This document shows positions 55,570 through 56,447 of a stretch of DNA of 56,447 nucleotides, in pieces (position 1 is the stretch's first letter; each line of letters starts with the position of its first letter). Under the pieces are notes generated by a model. The model was not told where the DNA came from. It saw nothing but the letters and a program-made list of their open reading frames with translations, and searched no databases. The stretch lies in the IMG/VR virus record IMGVR_UViG_3300032092_000008, one strand, 5' to 3'. The stretch is from an uncultured virus (IMG/VR IMGVR_UViG_3300032092_000008). Taxonomy: Duplodnaviria > Heunggongvirae > Uroviricota > Caudoviricetes. A program made the position numbers and the translations under genes.

Positions 55570-55739
55570 GATAAACATACTTTAACTATTGCATTAATGG
55601 CCCAACCAATACTAATTCCTAAGTTAAGCCAACACCAGGCCTGCCATTTAGAAAACATTGCTTCATCAGCCTTTCGTGTTATTATAACACTGATCACATT
55701 CATGGCTACTAATAATAACCAAAATACTATTTCCTGCAT
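55566..55739 (-). CDS. 57-aa two-TM protein (absent from the ORF track)
   Basis: MQEIVFWLLLVAMNVISVIITRKADEAMFSKWQAWCWLNLGISIGWAINAIVKVCLS. Confidence 0.7.
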   Translation of the reverse strand: MQEIVFWLLLVAMNVISVIITRKADEAMFSKWQAWCWLNLGISIGWAINAIVKVCLS

Positions 55740-55740
55740 A

Positions 55741-55983
55741 TTACTCTGTTATTGGATTTGATTCTTGTTGTTCTTTTTGATGACGCTCATACATTCCGGA
55801 CTCAATATAAAAGGCTAGGTAGTCTCTTAATCGTTTACTGACCGGCAATTGCTTGGCTTGCATTTTGTTATAAGCTTCCATTAGGTCGGAATCCGATCCT
55901 AGTAATTCTAGAAGCTCATTCATGCCACGAAGAAACTTATATTCTTCTTTGGACATAGGTTGGGTGGGTTGTTCATTATTCAT
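55741..55983 (-). CDS. Hypothetical protein
   Basis: 80-aa ORF. Confidence 0.65.
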   Translation of the reverse strand: MNNEQPTQPMSKEEYKFLRGMNELLELLGSDSDLMEAYNKMQAKQLPVSKRLRDYLAFYIESGMYERHQKEQQESNPITE

Positions 55984-56209
55984 TGTCTACTGGCCATTGG
56001 TTAAAAAATTGTTTTACTTTGCGTTCCCAAAAGGTATAAGTTGGATAGGTAACAATCATTCCAAATGCTAGACATCCAATGGTACGAAGGATACCTAGAC
56101 CAGCACTGTCCAAATAATAGTCCCAGGTTAATAATCCAACTGTAAATATAACAGTAACGATGAACCATATAATTAATTCATCAAACCAATACTTAAACTT
56201 ATTTCCCAT
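55976..56209 (-). CDS. Two-TM membrane protein
   Basis: Two hydrophobic helices. Confidence 0.65.
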   Translation of the reverse strand: MGNKFKYWFDELIIWFIVTVIFTVGLLTWDYYLDSAGLGILRTIGCLAFGMIVTYPTYTFWERKVKQFFNQWPVDNE

Positions 56210-56435
56210 TCTTTTTAGTTTTATTGTTAGTACTCTTTTGAAAACTCACATGATACTTTTCTTCACCTTGCTTAGGACCGTTCATATAGGTCTGGATGGT
56301 GTAGTTATCATTACGTCGCGCTTCACCCAATTTGGAATCTACTTCCGCGCGTGTATTCAATCCGTTAAAGGATAAGGTGGTAATGGATCTCTTCTGTGGA
56401 TCCCTTTGGTTTACATGAACTGTTAATCTATACAT
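56199..56435 (-). CDS. Hypothetical protein
   Basis: 78-aa ORF. Confidence 0.6.
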   Translation of the reverse strand: MYRLTVHVNQRDPQKRSITTLSFNGLNTRAEVDSKLGEARRNDNYTIQTYMNGPKQGEEKYHVSFQKSTNNKTKKNGK

Positions 56436-56447
56436 ATGTTTAATCGT

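Noticed and set aside
941..56375. All plus-strand ORFs in the track (e.g. 8059..8724, 10635..11306, 49069..49638)
   Set aside because: Nearly all lie antisense to well-supported minus-strand genes, and none shows recognisable motifs or promoters; treated as shadow ORFs
1..56447. Stop-codon reassignment (common in some large phages)
   Set aside because: Hallmark genes are full length under code 11. TAA dominates, but TAG (18504, 54597) and TGA (ATGA overlaps) end genes normally
1..56447. tRNA genes, CRISPR array, introns or inteins
   Set aside because: No cloverleaf with T-loop consensus and no regularly spaced repeats were seen; terminase, portal and primase are uninterrupted and of normal length. 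A tRNAscan-SE/Infernal run would be needed to be certain

Overview
A 56-kb slice of a large, AT-rich, T4-like (myovirus) phage genome. Essentially every real gene is on the minus strand, tightly packed and often coupled by TAATG/ATGA overlaps; standard code 11. The host is probably Bacteroidota/FCB, inferred from TTTG-N20-TAnnTTTA promoters and DUF4494- and Hc1-like genes. By coordinate the window holds: a head/packaging module (gp21-like prohead protease, portal, large terminase); a HIGH-nucleotidyltransferase/RNA-ligase-like fusion; a single-chain Mre11-Rad50 (SbcD-SbcC); primase; a T7-type endonuclease I; a tail/baseplate module (LamG, gp7-, gp6-, gp25- and gp5-like proteins); a gp55-like sigma factor; HD hydrolase, ClpP, UV endonuclease and methyltransferase; a cluster of small proteins sharing an N-terminal leader that looks like a capsid-targeting/protease-cleavage signal; and a compositionally odd region of early genes with repeats and palindromes near 52 kb (possible terminus, pac site or origin). 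No tRNA, CRISPR array, intron, intein or major capsid gene was found. Most notable observations: (1) about 15 proteins share a putative head-import leader, including GNAT-like and NTase-ligase cargos; (2) [ST]-[GAS]-S tripeptides are strongly enriched in several putative virion proteins (possible modification sequon); (3) the candidate late promoter ATATTTAT is the inverse orientation of the T4 late promoter; (4) late genes carry AGGA Shine-Dalgarno motifs while genes directly behind host-type promoters do not; (5) the UV endonuclease gene has an inverted Glu codon preference. All family calls come from motif recognition by eye, not database searches, and counts are manual.
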